64,000 nucleotides of DNA from an uncultured virus (IMG/VR IMGVR_UViG_3300033816_001043) (IMGVR_UViG_3300033816_001043); one strand, 5' to 3'. Positions 36,916-47,839 are shown, counted from the stretch's first letter. The notes: generated from the letters alone by a model not told the origin. Numbers and translations: made by a program.

Positions 36916-37596
36916 TTATAAGAACTCAATTTCGTTTGTCTCAGGATTCCATTCGATTGTAAGTGGTTTGTGATGGTAATTATAACTTTCATTTAATACT
37001 GCGGCATTAATGTAGTGAGTGTCACCATCAAATGTGTAACCATATCCTGTGTGAATGTGTCCACACACATGAATCTTTGGTTTAATTTCTTTGATTCTAT
37101 CAGTCAATAATTCACAACCAAGATTTTCAGGTCTACCAATTACTTTATCAACATAACCATAAGCAGGTCCGTGAGTAATTAATATGTCTGTATTATTTGG
37201 AATGTTACCCCACTTTTCTTTTAACTCATAACCATTCCTTGGAAGATTGAATGCCCAATTATAAAACTCAGGTTGCCAAGGACTACCATAAACACTTACA
37301 AGTTTTTCACCCACCAATACTTCATTATCTTCTATATATGTTATGTCACTATAGAAGTCCAAGATTTCTTTTACTTTCTCAGTATTGATTTGGAATCCCC
37401 AATCGTGGTTACCCGCAATGAATACTTTGTGAGTGTAATTGTCCAAACTATTGTACCATTTACAGAACTCACGAATTTCGTGTTCATAACCCATAGAAGA
37501 TATATCACCAGCATGGATTAACAAATCACCACCAGGTAAATCATCAGTAACAAACTTGTGTTTGTTGTGTGTGTCAGATATAAATGTTATTTTCAT
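36916..37596 (-). CDS. calcineurin-like metallophosphoesterase
   Basis: SDTH, HAGD, AGNHD, THGP, GHIH. Confidence 0.9.
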   Translation of the reverse strand: MKITFISDTHNKHKFVTDDLPGGDLLIHAGDISSMGYEHEIREFCKWYNSLDNYTHKVFIAGNHDWGFQINTEKVKEILDFYSDITYIEDNEVLVGEKLVSVYGSPWQPEFYNWAFNLPRNGYELKEKWGNIPNNTDILITHGPAYGYVDKVIGRPENLGCELLTDRIKEIKPKIHVCGHIHTGYGYTFDGDTHYINAAVLNESYNYHHKPLTIEWNPETNEIEFL

Positions 37597-37659
37597 AATT
37601 GTTGTATTGTCTTTATTTTAATACAAATATAAAGATATTTATGAATAAAAAATACAAAA

Positions 37660-38640
37660 ATGAAAACAATTATTAGATTAACAGAAAATGATTTATACAA
37701 AATTGTTAAGAGAGTAATCTCAGAACAAGTAAGTGATGAAAACAAAGCAGGAAATTACCTTAAAAATAGTGTCCCATATTCTTTCAAAGGTCTATTTCCA
37801 ATAAGACCAGATGTACAAAGTGCAACAATAACCTTCGATAGAACCCTTGGTAACATACCATCACCTCAAATTACCAAACAACCTATCAATGTTGCAGGTA
37901 TTGAAAATGGTGTTCATTTTTTTATTAAAGATGAATCAGAAAGTCTGAAGTCTTATTTGAACTCCGTTTTGACTATGAACCTAAATAGTCTTGCAGGAAA
38001 ACTAACAATAAATGGACAACCTTTAGACCAAGGGAGACCAGTTGACGAACCAAATGTAGGACCTACTTTTTACACAATTAGTAATGAGTTTAATAAATTG
38101 ATTGGTGACCTTTCTTCAGGATTAGGTTTGTCAGGAAATCTGAACCCAAACAACGTTATGACATTTGTTAATTCAGTACCATCTATGACTAGAGATGAAT
38201 TAAATAATATTATGAGAGCTGTAGAAAGTTTCAGAAAAGCATTCGGAAACTTCAAGACTGAGTTTGAAAAAAAGGGTGTTCAAGGACTTGATTTAGGTAA
38301 ATTTTCTAACGTTGAAAAATATGGTCAAGCTTACTTTGGTGATAAAATGCAAGTGTATCTAACATTACAAGTTGATGATACAGGTGATGACCAATTGGAT
38401 TCTAAATATGAAACATTCCGTGATATGATTGGACAACAATATTTGGAATTTGTAAAAAATGGAATAAAACAGAATAACATTTTTATACCTTCTTTAGAAT
38501 CATTGTTTAAGGCGAGTCCAAGAATTAAAAACGAAATTGATAAAGGCGGTATTGGGGGAATGAACAAACTAAATCCTAAAATAAGTAAACTTGTTGTTGT
38601 GGTTTATTCACCAAATCCTGGAGGTGTAGAACTTGCTTAA
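37660..38640 (+). CDS. hypothetical protein with LTE...VISEQ leader
   Basis: 326 aa; TATTTAT upstream. Confidence 0.7.
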   Translation: MKTIIRLTENDLYKIVKRVISEQVSDENKAGNYLKNSVPYSFKGLFPIRPDVQSATITFDRTLGNIPSPQITKQPINVAGIENGVHFFIKDESESLKSYLNSVLTMNLNSLAGKLTINGQPLDQGRPVDEPNVGPTFYTISNEFNKLIGDLSSGLGLSGNLNPNNVMTFVNSVPSMTRDELNNIMRAVESFRKAFGNFKTEFEKKGVQGLDLGKFSNVEKYGQAYFGDKMQVYLTLQVDDTGDDQLDSKYETFRDMIGQQYLEFVKNGIKQNNIFIPSLESLFKASPRIKNEIDKGGIGGMNKLNPKISKLVVVVYSPNPGGVELA

Positions 38641-38673
38641 AATATAAAAACACTACTTACGTAGTGTTTTTTT

Positions 38674-39396
38674 TTACCATTCCTTGTCTTGGAAGTCTGT
38701 GTAGTAAACCTTATTAGTGTAGTTAAATGAAAACTTTTCATTCTTGATTAGAGTTTTACAATAGTCTTTGTTTGGAAGTGATTTAGATAAGTAACTCATA
38801 AATGTTCTATCAATCCAAGCGGCTAATACATCATCCTTGTCATTACTATTGATATTCATCTTTTCTTCTGAGGATAGTGAATTGAACCAAGTCATAGCTA
38901 ATGTGTAACTTTTATCAGTTATTCTATCAAAGTGAACTTCAACAGACTCAACTAATCTACCATTGTAAATCAACTCCACTCTAAAATCATACTTTGTTTT
39001 GTACTCAACAATACTATCAACGTAGAAAATAGAAAAAGGAATGTAATTCAAAGAATAATTTACCTTTTGATTCAAGTCAATTTTTAATCTTGTGGTATTG
39101 AAAGAAATGAAACTAGGTTTTGAATGATTGTCAATTGAAAAAACAGAATTAACCTCAGTTACATATTTTTGGGCATCAACAAACATAATATCATCACCAT
39201 CGAAGTAATGTTTGTTTTTATTAACATCATTACCTTCAGCAATGTACAATTTGTTAGTTCTTATGATACCATTAGTAACATCAGAAATTGTGTCAATTGA
39301 TTTAGATGGTAATGTTAAATCACCTACCATCATTGTAACTTGACAAAAAATAGATGTGGAAACCAAAAATGAAAGGAATAAAATACTTGTTCTCAT
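38674..39396 (-). CDS. secreted hypothetical protein
   Basis: signal peptide. Confidence 0.65.
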   Translation of the reverse strand: MRTSILFLSFLVSTSIFCQVTMMVGDLTLPSKSIDTISDVTNGIIRTNKLYIAEGNDVNKNKHYFDGDDIMFVDAQKYVTEVNSVFSIDNHSKPSFISFNTTRLKIDLNQKVNYSLNYIPFSIFYVDSIVEYKTKYDFRVELIYNGRLVESVEVHFDRITDKSYTLAMTWFNSLSSEEKMNINSNDKDDVLAAWIDRTFMSYLSKSLPNKDYCKTLIKNEKFSFNYTNKVYYTDFQDKEW

Positions 39397-39474
39397 AATC
39401 TCATCGTTTTTTTTTACAAGATAAACATATTTATTATAAAATAATAGAAAATAAAAAAAATTAAAAAATAAATT

Positions 39475-39852
39475 ATGAGAAGAACTGTAAGATTAACTGA
39501 AAGTGATTTAGTTAAATTAGTAAAAAGAGTAATCAGTGAACAAGCAACAAGTTGTATGGAACCATTACAATCTCATTTAGAGGGTATGATGAACTTAGGT
39601 CCTAATTTCAAAGAAGGCCAAAAGAAACCATATAGAGATTTGCTTATTCAAAATTGTAGTGCTCTTGAAAGTTACATAAAAAGTAACCCTAATGTACAAT
39701 TTGGTACAGAAACATTAAAAGCAAATAAGACAGCATTTGCATGTGTAACTTCTGTTAATTTTGGCAACAAAGAAGAGGATAAAGATATGGCTGTTGCTTT
39801 AGCTAAAGTTGGGGCTTTTGTAAATTGTGTAAAAGGTTCTGGTGGTAAATAA
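39475..39852 (+). CDS. hypothetical protein with LTE...VISEQ leader
   Basis: MRRTVRLTESDLVKLVKRVISEQ. Confidence 0.7.
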   Translation: MRRTVRLTESDLVKLVKRVISEQATSCMEPLQSHLEGMMNLGPNFKEGQKKPYRDLLIQNCSALESYIKSNPNVQFGTETLKANKTAFACVTSVNFGNKEEDKDMAVALAKVGAFVNCVKGSGGK

Positions 39853-39910
39853 AAAAAAAGGATAATTATTATAAAAAAAACGAACTTAAACTAAGTTCGT
39901 TTTTTTTTAT

Positions 39911-40399
39911 TTAATCGAAGTGTGTTACTAAATAATCATTCTTTTGACTATAATATATAGACACAAAAAACATCTTTTTTTCTGATGAGTTCTTTGATTT
40001 ATATTCTATTACGATTCTTTCACCTTTATCCGATAAAAAATGTCTTGAGCTATGATAAGGAGTTCCCTCTTCATACAAAAAGGTTAAAAATAAAAATTTT
40101 TTTTCGATATCAGAATTACTATTAAGCACCAATAGATTTTCATATTCATAAAAAGTAATTAAATTATTTTGTTCCTCAATTATTCTATCATCATCGAGTG
40201 TACGTATTTGTTTTATGTTAGAATCCAAAGTGTCTATTCTACTATCAATTAAATCAGTTTTATTAAAATAAAAACCAATTTCTTTGAGTCCTTCTAATTC
40301 TAATGAATCCCATGTTGGTTCAGAATTAGGTATTCTTGATTGAGAATTAATATTTTGGGATGTAAAAACGAACAAGAAAAATAAAATTAAATTTTTCAT
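39911..40399 (-). CDS. secreted hypothetical protein
   Basis: signal peptide. Confidence 0.6.
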   Translation of the reverse strand: MKNLILFFLFVFTSQNINSQSRIPNSEPTWDSLELEGLKEIGFYFNKTDLIDSRIDTLDSNIKQIRTLDDDRIIEEQNNLITFYEYENLLVLNSNSDIEKKFLFLTFLYEEGTPYHSSRHFLSDKGERIVIEYKSKNSSEKKMFFVSIYYSQKNDYLVTHFD

Positions 40400-40462
40400 A
40401 CTTACTAATATTATATGTTTATAAATAAATTATATATACTCAAAAAAAAAGTTTTAGAAAAT

Positions 40463-41020
40463 TTAATCCCACCAACCTCTCATACCAGAACCATCAAATT
40501 GGTCATCCCAATCTTTTTCCTTGTCGAACTTATCGTAGTCTTGTCCCTTCAATATTTCCCACAATTCATTCCATTCTTCATTTTCAAGCTCAGTAACCCT
40601 ATTGAAATATTTGTTGTTGAATTCTTTTTCTTCATCAGAATCATAGTCAACTAGTTCAAAATAATCAGGTTTATCCTCACAAGGAACAAATTCGATTTTA
40701 CTGGTATTGTAACCTCTACCCAATTCTTTTTCAACGATGTCAAAGTATCTGTCCTCACGGATATTCTTTAGGATTTCAACAACTCTGTTCATTTTATCAA
40801 CTTTCTTGAATCGTGGTTTTTCTACCTCATTTCCTTTCACCTTGAGGTTTTTAGCCATATGTTCAGTAGATATCTCAATGAACCTCAAAGTCCCATTATA
40901 ATCCCACCAGTGATGATTCCATAGGGCTTTTCTAAATCTCCAAATGTTTTTTAAAAAGTTAGGTAAATCTTTGAATAGGAATATTCGCAATTCATCATAC
41001 CAAGTATATCCGTAAGCCAT
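40463..41020 (-). CDS. hypothetical phage protein
   Basis: 185 aa; ends GWWD. Confidence 0.7.
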   Translation of the reverse strand: MAYGYTWYDELRIFLFKDLPNFLKNIWRFRKALWNHHWWDYNGTLRFIEISTEHMAKNLKVKGNEVEKPRFKKVDKMNRVVEILKNIREDRYFDIVEKELGRGYNTSKIEFVPCEDKPDYFELVDYDSDEEKEFNNKYFNRVTELENEEWNELWEILKGQDYDKFDKEKDWDDQFDGSGMRGWWD

Positions 41021-41035
41021 AAATTTTTGTTTTGA

Positions 41036-41290
41036 TTAAAATAAGAAAAATTGTGAAATGTTTGAAAGAAAGTTCCCTTTCTTTTTTCGTGTTTTAGAAA
41101 GTTTACCTTTTTTTTCTTTTTCGAAATTGGAACTAAGTTGCCCCATCTGTTTGTCAGTTAATTCTTTGTTCCATTTTTTGACATACAACTCGAACAATCT
41201 TTCAGTTGTTCTCACTTGTTCTTCGTTCTGACAAGAATCAAGAACTTTCATAACCCAAGTGTATTGATTTAGTAACTCGTGCTTTGTCAT
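41036..41290 (-). CDS. hypothetical protein
   Basis: ORF with promoter. Confidence 0.6.
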   Translation of the reverse strand: MTKHELLNQYTWVMKVLDSCQNEEQVRTTERLFELYVKKWNKELTDKQMGQLSSNFEKEKKGKLSKTRKKKGNFLSNISQFFLF

Positions 41291-41347
41291 TTCGATTTAT
41301 TTTATTGGGTGAACAAATATTTCTCAGACAAAGATAAGTTTTATAAT

Positions 41348-41650
41348 CTAATCCTCAAAATATTTTACATATTTTTTTATTGTTTGTCTTCTTTTTTTGT
41401 CGTCCACATCCGCAAATACATCAACAAGTAAATTATCAATTTTATCAATCAACTTTTTAAAGTTACCTCTTACAGGAACTGACTTGTCATCAACTAAAAT
41501 CCTATATTTACCAAAGTATTCCTGAAATTCTGTTGGAACTTCATTGACTGGAAAATTTCTCCTCAAATAAACTAAAACTTTATCGTCAGCTTCTGTGTAT
41601 TTGGCAAGTATATCCTCTTTTTCTTCTTCTGTAAGTACTATTCTTTTCAT
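41348..41650 (-). CDS. hypothetical protein with MKRIVLTEEE leader (start revised)
   Basis: TATTTAT upstream. Confidence 0.65.
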   Translation of the reverse strand: MKRIVLTEEEKEDILAKYTEADDKVLVYLRRNFPVNEVPTEFQEYFGKYRILVDDKSVPVRGNFKKLIDKIDNLLVDVFADVDDKKRRQTIKKYVKYFED

Positions 41651-41698
41651 ATTTATATAAATATTGATGATTATAACAAATTTACTTATTTTAATCAA

Positions 41699-41974
41699 AT
41701 GAAGAAAGGATTATGGATTTTATTGAATAAAGTTTTCAAAAAGGATTTAGAGCTTCTTTATGGTATAGGTAGTGATGTAGAAATAACTAACATTATATTC
41801 AGTACAAATAATAAAATTCACGTGATTAGTTGTAAGTTAAAAATCGGAGATGTTAAGTTGTATGAAGACATAGGTGAAACAGGTTTAAATTATCTATTTG
41901 AAGAATCTTGGAAGTATTTGGGATTTTATGATAAAAATTTTATGCTACAAATATCTTTTGATTTGACATTTTAA
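41699..41974 (+). CDS. hypothetical protein
   Basis: ORF. Confidence 0.55.
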   Translation: MKKGLWILLNKVFKKDLELLYGIGSDVEITNIIFSTNNKIHVISCKLKIGDVKLYEDIGETGLNYLFEESWKYLGFYDKNFMLQISFDLTF

Positions 41975-42018
41975 ATTAATGTGATTATTATTCATTCAAT
42001 AAAACATTACAATTTAAA

Positions 42019-42444
42019 ATGAAAAAAATTCAAGTAGGTGACACCGTTATAGTCAATTATACAGGAAGATTGGAAGATGGGACAATCTTTGATTCTTCAC
42101 TTAATGAGGGACGTGAACCATTAACATCAACATTAGGTCAAGGTCAACTCATTTCAGGTTTTGAGGATGGTTTAATTGATATGGTAGTTGGTGAGACAAA
42201 AACAATCGAAATTGAACCTGAGAATGCCTATGGCAATTATCAATCAGAAATGATTACAATAGTATCCAAGAGTCAAGTACCTGAAACAATACAAGTTGGT
42301 GAAACCCTCCAAGGAAACACACCTAATGGACCGATTATTGTAAAAGTAATTGAAGTGACTGATGATTCAGTAACTTTGGATGCTAACCATCCTCTTGCAG
42401 GAAAAAAATTAATCTTTGATTTGGAAGTTATGGGTATTTCTTAG
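42019..42444 (+). CDS. FKBP-type peptidyl-prolyl isomerase (SlyD/FkpB-like)
   Basis: YTGRLEDGTIFDSS, AYG, DANHPLAGKKLIFD. Confidence 0.92.
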   Translation: MKKIQVGDTVIVNYTGRLEDGTIFDSSLNEGREPLTSTLGQGQLISGFEDGLIDMVVGETKTIEIEPENAYGNYQSEMITIVSKSQVPETIQVGETLQGNTPNGPIIVKVIEVTDDSVTLDANHPLAGKKLIFDLEVMGIS

Positions 42445-42458
42445 GAAATACCTTTTTT

Positions 42459-42845
42459 TTATTCATACATATACTTTTCATCATTTGGGAACTCTTTCTC
42501 AAACAACTTTATTAATCTTGCTGAATATGCGTTAGCCTCATCCTCATTAATTCCACCAATGTCAGGTCCTCTTTCTCTTCCCAAAATTGTCATTTGATAT
42601 TCATGAATCCATTCATGAGCTAATGTTCTCAATATATCTCGATTCATCCTACCTGATGTTAATACTTTCAAGGTATGATTGGTGTTCCTAGACCCAGTAG
42701 TCATTACACCTTCCCTTTCACCAAGTAATTCAATAGTCAAGTCGTATTTTAAAGGGTAATTCTTTTGAATGAATTTAATAAACTCCAAATACAACTTATG
42801 TGTGGTCTTTTTTTTATCGTCTTTAAATACAATTTTGACTTTCAT
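42459..42845 (-). CDS. HExxH metallopeptidase-like protein
   Basis: TLAHEWIHEYQ...EDEAN. Confidence 0.6.
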   Translation of the reverse strand: MKVKIVFKDDKKKTTHKLYLEFIKFIQKNYPLKYDLTIELLGEREGVMTTGSRNTNHTLKVLTSGRMNRDILRTLAHEWIHEYQMTILGRERGPDIGGINEDEANAYSARLIKLFEKEFPNDEKYMYE

Positions 42846-42913
42846 ATCTATAAATATCATTTATTATAATTAAAATAAACAATGAATTATTGATATTTAT
42901 TTAAAAAAGTGTT

Positions 42914-44209
42914 GTGAAAAAAATTGTCATTTCTGAAGAAGAAAAAAAACATATAAAAGGTCTATACAAAATTAATGAACAAGGAAAATCTCCTTTAGAC
43001 ATTATTTTTAGTACAGCATTAGATAAATTAGAAAAATTTAGAAGAGGTGAAATTGACCCTGAAGATATGACAACATCTGATTCAACATCCGATAGTAGTG
43101 AATATGATTCTTCATTAGTATCAAGTTTCGAACCTGGAGAATTTTTTGTACATCCAAATGCTGAATCTTTTAAAATTACTTACGGACCATCAGCAATAAA
43201 ATTAAATTCACCCTCTGAATTGTTACTTAAAAGTATTTTTGCTCAAGCAAATACATCAAATTTGAAAGTTACAAGTACTTTAAGAACGTATGAAGACCAA
43301 GCGAGAGTTAATAAACAAAATAGTAGGTCAAATATAGCATCTTGGTATGGACAAGATGTGGTAAATGTTTGGGATAAATATATGTCAGGTGAATTAACAC
43401 AAAAACAATATGCTGATTTTTTAGAAGATAGAGATAAAAAAAGAGGTAAAGTTTTAAGTAACCATATACCTGGATTTGCTATCGATGTTGCACCATATAG
43501 TGAACAATTTGCAAGTGCCGCAGAAAAATTAATGAAAACCCCAAACTCTGGGATAAGAAAGGTTCTAAGAGAAAAGAATAATAACGCTGTTCACATAGAA
43601 TTCAATTTTCCTGTGACAGATAAAGGTGGTATTGGCACGATTCCAAAAATGCCATCAAAAAAAGAAGAAAAAAGATTTGATAAACAAATGTCTAAGGGGG
43701 GTATCATTGTTGATAAAAATAATAATACATCAAATTATGCAATTGTTTTCGGTGGTTCACCAAGTAGTTCATATGGTGCTCAGTTTATGTTTGATAAAGG
43801 TTCAAAAATACTTTCAGACAAAAATGTAGTTTATAGTAATTTTGAAAATTCATTGGACAATGTTTTGAATCAGATTAAATTACAAGACCCTAAGGCTAAA
43901 ATAACTTCAGTAAGTGGATTTTCAGCTGGTGGTAAAAATGCTTGGGAGGCAGCAACTAAAGGTTATAAGGTGGGTTTAATTGACCCAGTTGTACCTGATT
44001 TTGCAACTCAATTTGTTGGTTCTAATTTTAATGGTGAATTACCCTCAAACATCAAAATGATATCAAGACAAGAAAATTGGTCGGGGCAATTTAGAAAACA
44101 TGGTGAAAGATTAAAAAACTTAGAGTCGACTCAACCTGAGGTACGAAGAAATGTTAAACATGCCGATATGCCAAGTCAATTTTTTAGTGACTTTAAAAAC
44201 TTTGTGTAA
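42914..44209 (+). CDS. peptidase M15-like domain + alpha/beta-hydrolase-like domain
   Basis: TSTLRT, SNH..G.AID, VHIE; GFSAGG. Confidence 0.6.
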   Translation: MKKIVISEEEKKHIKGLYKINEQGKSPLDIIFSTALDKLEKFRRGEIDPEDMTTSDSTSDSSEYDSSLVSSFEPGEFFVHPNAESFKITYGPSAIKLNSPSELLLKSIFAQANTSNLKVTSTLRTYEDQARVNKQNSRSNIASWYGQDVVNVWDKYMSGELTQKQYADFLEDRDKKRGKVLSNHIPGFAIDVAPYSEQFASAAEKLMKTPNSGIRKVLREKNNNAVHIEFNFPVTDKGGIGTIPKMPSKKEEKRFDKQMSKGGIIVDKNNNTSNYAIVFGGSPSSSYGAQFMFDKGSKILSDKNVVYSNFENSLDNVLNQIKLQDPKAKITSVSGFSAGGKNAWEAATKGYKVGLIDPVVPDFATQFVGSNFNGELPSNIKMISRQENWSGQFRKHGERLKNLESTQPEVRRNVKHADMPSQFFSDFKNFV

Positions 44210-44221
44210 AAATATTAAATT

Positions 44222-45058
44222 ATGTCAAGAAGAATGATAATCTCAGAAAATGAGAAAAATAGAATCAAAAGTTTGTATAAAATAATTGAACAAGAAATAA
44301 ATCCTTTAGATATTATTTTTAAAACCGCAATGAAAAAACTAGATGATTATAGAAGTGGTAAAATTTCACCTGATGCCGATAATAAAGATACCGAATCAGA
44401 TACTGAAATCGATGATAAAACTACTCCGTATAAATCAAGTGGTAAAGGCGATTTTTATGACATAACAAAAAAGGTTATTGAAAATTTTGAAGGCGGTTAT
44501 TGGAATCCTGAATGTGCTGGTTATCCAGGTTCAAAACATCCTCGTAAAACAGGAATGTATAGTAGGTCAGGTGAAACAATGTTCGGATTGGATAGAGAAG
44601 CAGGTAAGATTGAAGATATATCCTCAGATGGAAAAAAATTCTTTCAGTTGATTGATGACCAAAAAGAAAAGATGGGTATGGATAATTTTTGTAAAAAATG
44701 GACTTGGAATTATAGGGGTGGTGAAATTAAAAATCAATTACTTGATTTAGCAGTAAAAACTATGAAAAGTTTGTTTGATAAAAATTCAAAAAATTATTTA
44801 TCTGAAAAAGCAAGAAATATTGTAAATAATAGTAATCCATTATTATTACACTTCTCATACGCCACGTGGAATGGTCCTGGTTTCTTCAAAGATTTTGCAA
44901 AAAGTATTAATAAAGGTGTTGATGAAGGCAAATCAGAGAAGGAATTAGTCAAAATCGCTAAAAACGATAGAGACAGAAGATTAGGTGGTGGTGCATGGGC
45001 TAAAGCAAACGAAAAGGTAAAAGCTCTCATTGATAAAGAAGCCTCAGGTATAGTATAA
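44222..45058 (+). CDS. GH108-like lysozyme-fold protein
   Basis: IENFEGGY...GETMFG; N-terminus paralogous to 42914. Confidence 0.55.
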   Translation: MSRRMIISENEKNRIKSLYKIIEQEINPLDIIFKTAMKKLDDYRSGKISPDADNKDTESDTEIDDKTTPYKSSGKGDFYDITKKVIENFEGGYWNPECAGYPGSKHPRKTGMYSRSGETMFGLDREAGKIEDISSDGKKFFQLIDDQKEKMGMDNFCKKWTWNYRGGEIKNQLLDLAVKTMKSLFDKNSKNYLSEKARNIVNNSNPLLLHFSYATWNGPGFFKDFAKSINKGVDEGKSEKELVKIAKNDRDRRLGGGAWAKANEKVKALIDKEASGIV

Positions 45059-45060
45059 AA

Positions 45061-45300
45061 TTATTCTTTTCGACAATAAGGTACTTTACCTGAAGGGTCT
45101 TGTAGTACAACTCCGAATTCTGTTTTAATTTCAGTAGGATTAGGTGGATTTTTAACACTCGAACATAACGATAAGTTCTCATATGTTTTTTTATCCAACT
45201 TTTTAGTGGTTGTTGTTGTTACAACACCTTGTTCCATTAATCTATTTTTTTCAATTAAAACATTTCTTTCTTGTATGAGTTTTGTTTTTCTGTATGACAT
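45061..45300 (-). CDS. hypothetical protein
   Basis: ORF. Confidence 0.55.
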   Translation of the reverse strand: MSYRKTKLIQERNVLIEKNRLMEQGVVTTTTTKKLDKKTYENLSLCSSVKNPPNPTEIKTEFGVVLQDPSGKVPYCRKE

Positions 45301-45325
45301 ATTGTTTTTAAATATAAATATATAT

Positions 45326-45511
45326 CTAACTCAATAATCTTTTAACCTGTTCCATAATTTGTACTTGTCTTCGTTCCAAATCATTAATTCTTTGTTTTTG
45401 TTGATTAGACAACTCCAAACTTTCACCTTTTATTCTATTTATTTCATTAAATAATTTGGTATGTTCATTTAGTAAACTACCATAAATTTGAGCTTTTTGT
45501 TCTTCAGTCAT
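45326..45511 (-). CDS. small coiled-coil protein
   Basis: ORF. Confidence 0.55.
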   Translation of the reverse strand: MTEEQKAQIYGSLLNEHTKLFNEINRIKGESLELSNQQKQRINDLERRQVQIMEQVKRLLS

Positions 45512-45513
45512 TT

Positions 45514-46014
45514 TTGTATTTTATGTTTTTTATCAAAAAATATGAGTTTTATATAAAACTTAGTGTTATTATACTATCAATAATACAACCATTTATTCTT
45601 TTGTCAATATGTGGTGAATTATGGTCTTTATCAAGTTATTGGAGAACACCACTTCAACCAATGTTCATAATAATAAACGCAGCCACAAGTTACTTCTTCT
45701 TTAGTACAGACAAATGGTTGGTACCTTCGATTCTGTTATTACTTCTGACTGCGTTTTCTTTAGACCTATACCCAACAACACATAATATTATTGCAGGTCT
45801 TTTCTTTCTCTCTTGTTCCTATCCTCTTATGACATTAAAAAGATTCCAATTTTTTGGTATTCTTTATTATATGTCAATATTTGTATTGTTGTATTCAGGT
45901 ATGTTGTGGTTCGAGATTTATTGTGTTTTAATACTGGGGTCATACCATCTTACAATACTTTTATATAAACATCATTTAGATAAATTAAGAGAAGAATCAC
46001 ATAACAAATCATAA
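45514..46014 (+). CDS. multi-TM membrane protein
   Basis: hydrophobic ORF. Confidence 0.6.
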   Translation: MYFMFFIKKYEFYIKLSVIILSIIQPFILLSICGELWSLSSYWRTPLQPMFIIINAATSYFFFSTDKWLVPSILLLLLTAFSLDLYPTTHNIIAGLFFLSCSYPLMTLKRFQFFGILYYMSIFVLLYSGMLWFEIYCVLILGSYHLTILLYKHHLDKLREESHNKS

Positions 46015-46604
46015 CTTTGATTAATTTGATGTTTAATAATCAATTCATCATAACGCCATAACTCGTATTTTTCTATAACCATACCAATGTGTTTCCAATA
46101 TTCACCAAATCCATAACCTTTACAATGATTTGTCCAATATTTCCAATTTTTACCAACAGCGTGTTTGTAATATTTCTTAAGAAATAAAGCATGGTCTTCA
46201 AATGATTCAGAGAAACTTTCATACTTTCTCCATTTTGTTCCACCCAAAGATACATAATAATCACCATCGTACAATTCTTTATAATACTTCATACCGAATA
46301 GATTATTTGCATTCTTTGCAATTGGTGAATACCCACCCCCACTTTCAGCTATCGCTTGTGCTAATTGAACACTTGTAGGTATACCATGTTCTAAGTGATA
46401 GTACATTGCAATTTCGTGGTAATTATCACAAAATTTACTATACGGGTGTTTTCGATTTATTTTCACCTTGTTTGATAATTGTATTGCTACAACATCATTG
46501 TGAACTTTCTTTTCAACCTCCGAAGAAACTGAAATTTTTTGTGGACTATTAGAATCCAAGGAAACCAACAAGAACCACAAAATGATTGCAATTATCTTTT
46601 TCAT
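45972..46604 (-). CDS. GH73 glucosaminidase (FlgJ-like)
   Basis: LAQAIAESGGG, NNLFGMK, WRKYES. Confidence 0.8.
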   Translation of the reverse strand: MKKIIAIILWFLLVSLDSNSPQKISVSSEVEKKVHNDVVAIQLSNKVKINRKHPYSKFCDNYHEIAMYYHLEHGIPTSVQLAQAIAESGGGYSPIAKNANNLFGMKYYKELYDGDYYVSLGGTKWRKYESFSESFEDHALFLKKYYKHAVGKNWKYWTNHCKGYGFGEYWKHIGMVIEKYELWRYDELIIKHQINQSYDLLCDSSLNLSK

Positions 46605-46690
46605 TTTGTTTTTTGTTTTTGTAAAACCACAATTCGTTTTACCCCATTACATTATAAATATAATAGTTAAGTAAGTAAAGCCACAAAGTG

Positions 46691-47149
46691 TTAAACTGGA
46701 TAAACTGCGTTGATTTGGAGTTGGTAAGTTTTTTCAAACCAAGCTTTCAACATTTTTTCGAAAAGTTCTTTACCAAAAGCACCTGAAACATTCTTAAGTT
46801 CCCAAGCATGATATTCTAAATTGTAATCGTCTGAATTGTCTACTGGTAATACTTTAAACACATATTCATCGTCTTCCCAATCTATTTCAGGGTCAACATA
46901 ATAAACATATGCTTGGTATATATCATAAGTCTTAAAATCTTCATACTCCCTCTGAACTTCAATTAGATTTTCATACTTCTCCATCATAGAATCAAACAAG
47001 TTTTTTAATCTTTCTTCCTTGTTTTCATTAACAAACTTTAACTTATTTGTAATTCTAAATTCATTTTTATTAAGTTGATGATGAAGTTCCCAGTTATGAA
47101 TTGAGTTATTGTATTCTTCCAATAATATTTTTTTAATTATCTTTTTCAT
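46691..47149 (-). CDS. hypothetical protein
   Basis: MKKIIKKILLEE leader. Confidence 0.65.
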   Translation of the reverse strand: MKKIIKKILLEEYNNSIHNWELHHQLNKNEFRITNKLKFVNENKEERLKNLFDSMMEKYENLIEVQREYEDFKTYDIYQAYVYYVDPEIDWEDDEYVFKVLPVDNSDDYNLEYHAWELKNVSGAFGKELFEKMLKAWFEKTYQLQINAVYPV

Positions 47150-47152
47150 CTA

Positions 47153-47839
47153 TTAGGATATAAATAAATTGTATTCTTGTTCTCTTCTATTTGCTAATCC
47201 CTCTGTTGTACCAATATAAAAAGTTTTCACAAGTTCAGCAGCTTTTTTTGTATTACCTTTTTTTAGTTCTTGTATAAATCTAGATTTTCTCATACTTGTA
47301 CATCCAGCATTGAATGTCATTGAAACCATAGCATCAAATTGTCCTTGAGTTAATTTATAAGTTTTTAAATCATTTTTTTTCCATTCATCCATTATTCGTC
47401 TGATACAACCAATAGCATCGCCAGAATCTTGAACCAAAAAATCTTCAGCTTGTTTTTTGGTTATTTTCATACCAACCCTAACACCATCGGTATGACCATA
47501 TCCAATCGTTGGTATTCCCCTTGAGTCAAGATATCCTACCAACTTAGGTTGTTTTACCCCACCAATTCTATTTGCTGCGTCACCCTCCCATTCTCTAACT
47601 ATTTTTTTGTAATCATTTGTTATATTCATAACAGAACCATCCATCAATTGTTTCCCACTAATTTTCTGTGGTTCAGGATTGGCAATACCTTTTGGTTTTA
47701 CCTTTTTTGTTGTTTCTATTTTTTTCTGAGAAGGTCTTTGAATCCCCACCATTTTATATGGGTCAGTTATATTTCCAATCGTTTTATTTACTTGTTGTAA
47801 AATATTATCGTATTGTTGTTCAGTAATTATAATTTTCAT
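47153..47839 (-). CDS. GH24 phage lysozyme with MKIIITEQQ leader
   Basis: EG...YLDSRGIPTIGYGH, QFDAMVS..FNAG, GLANRR..E. Confidence 0.85.
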   Translation of the reverse strand: MKIIITEQQYDNILQQVNKTIGNITDPYKMVGIQRPSQKKIETTKKVKPKGIANPEPQKISGKQLMDGSVMNITNDYKKIVREWEGDAANRIGGVKQPKLVGYLDSRGIPTIGYGHTDGVRVGMKITKKQAEDFLVQDSGDAIGCIRRIMDEWKKNDLKTYKLTQGQFDAMVSMTFNAGCTSMRKSRFIQELKKGNTKKAAELVKTFYIGTTEGLANRREQEYNLFIS

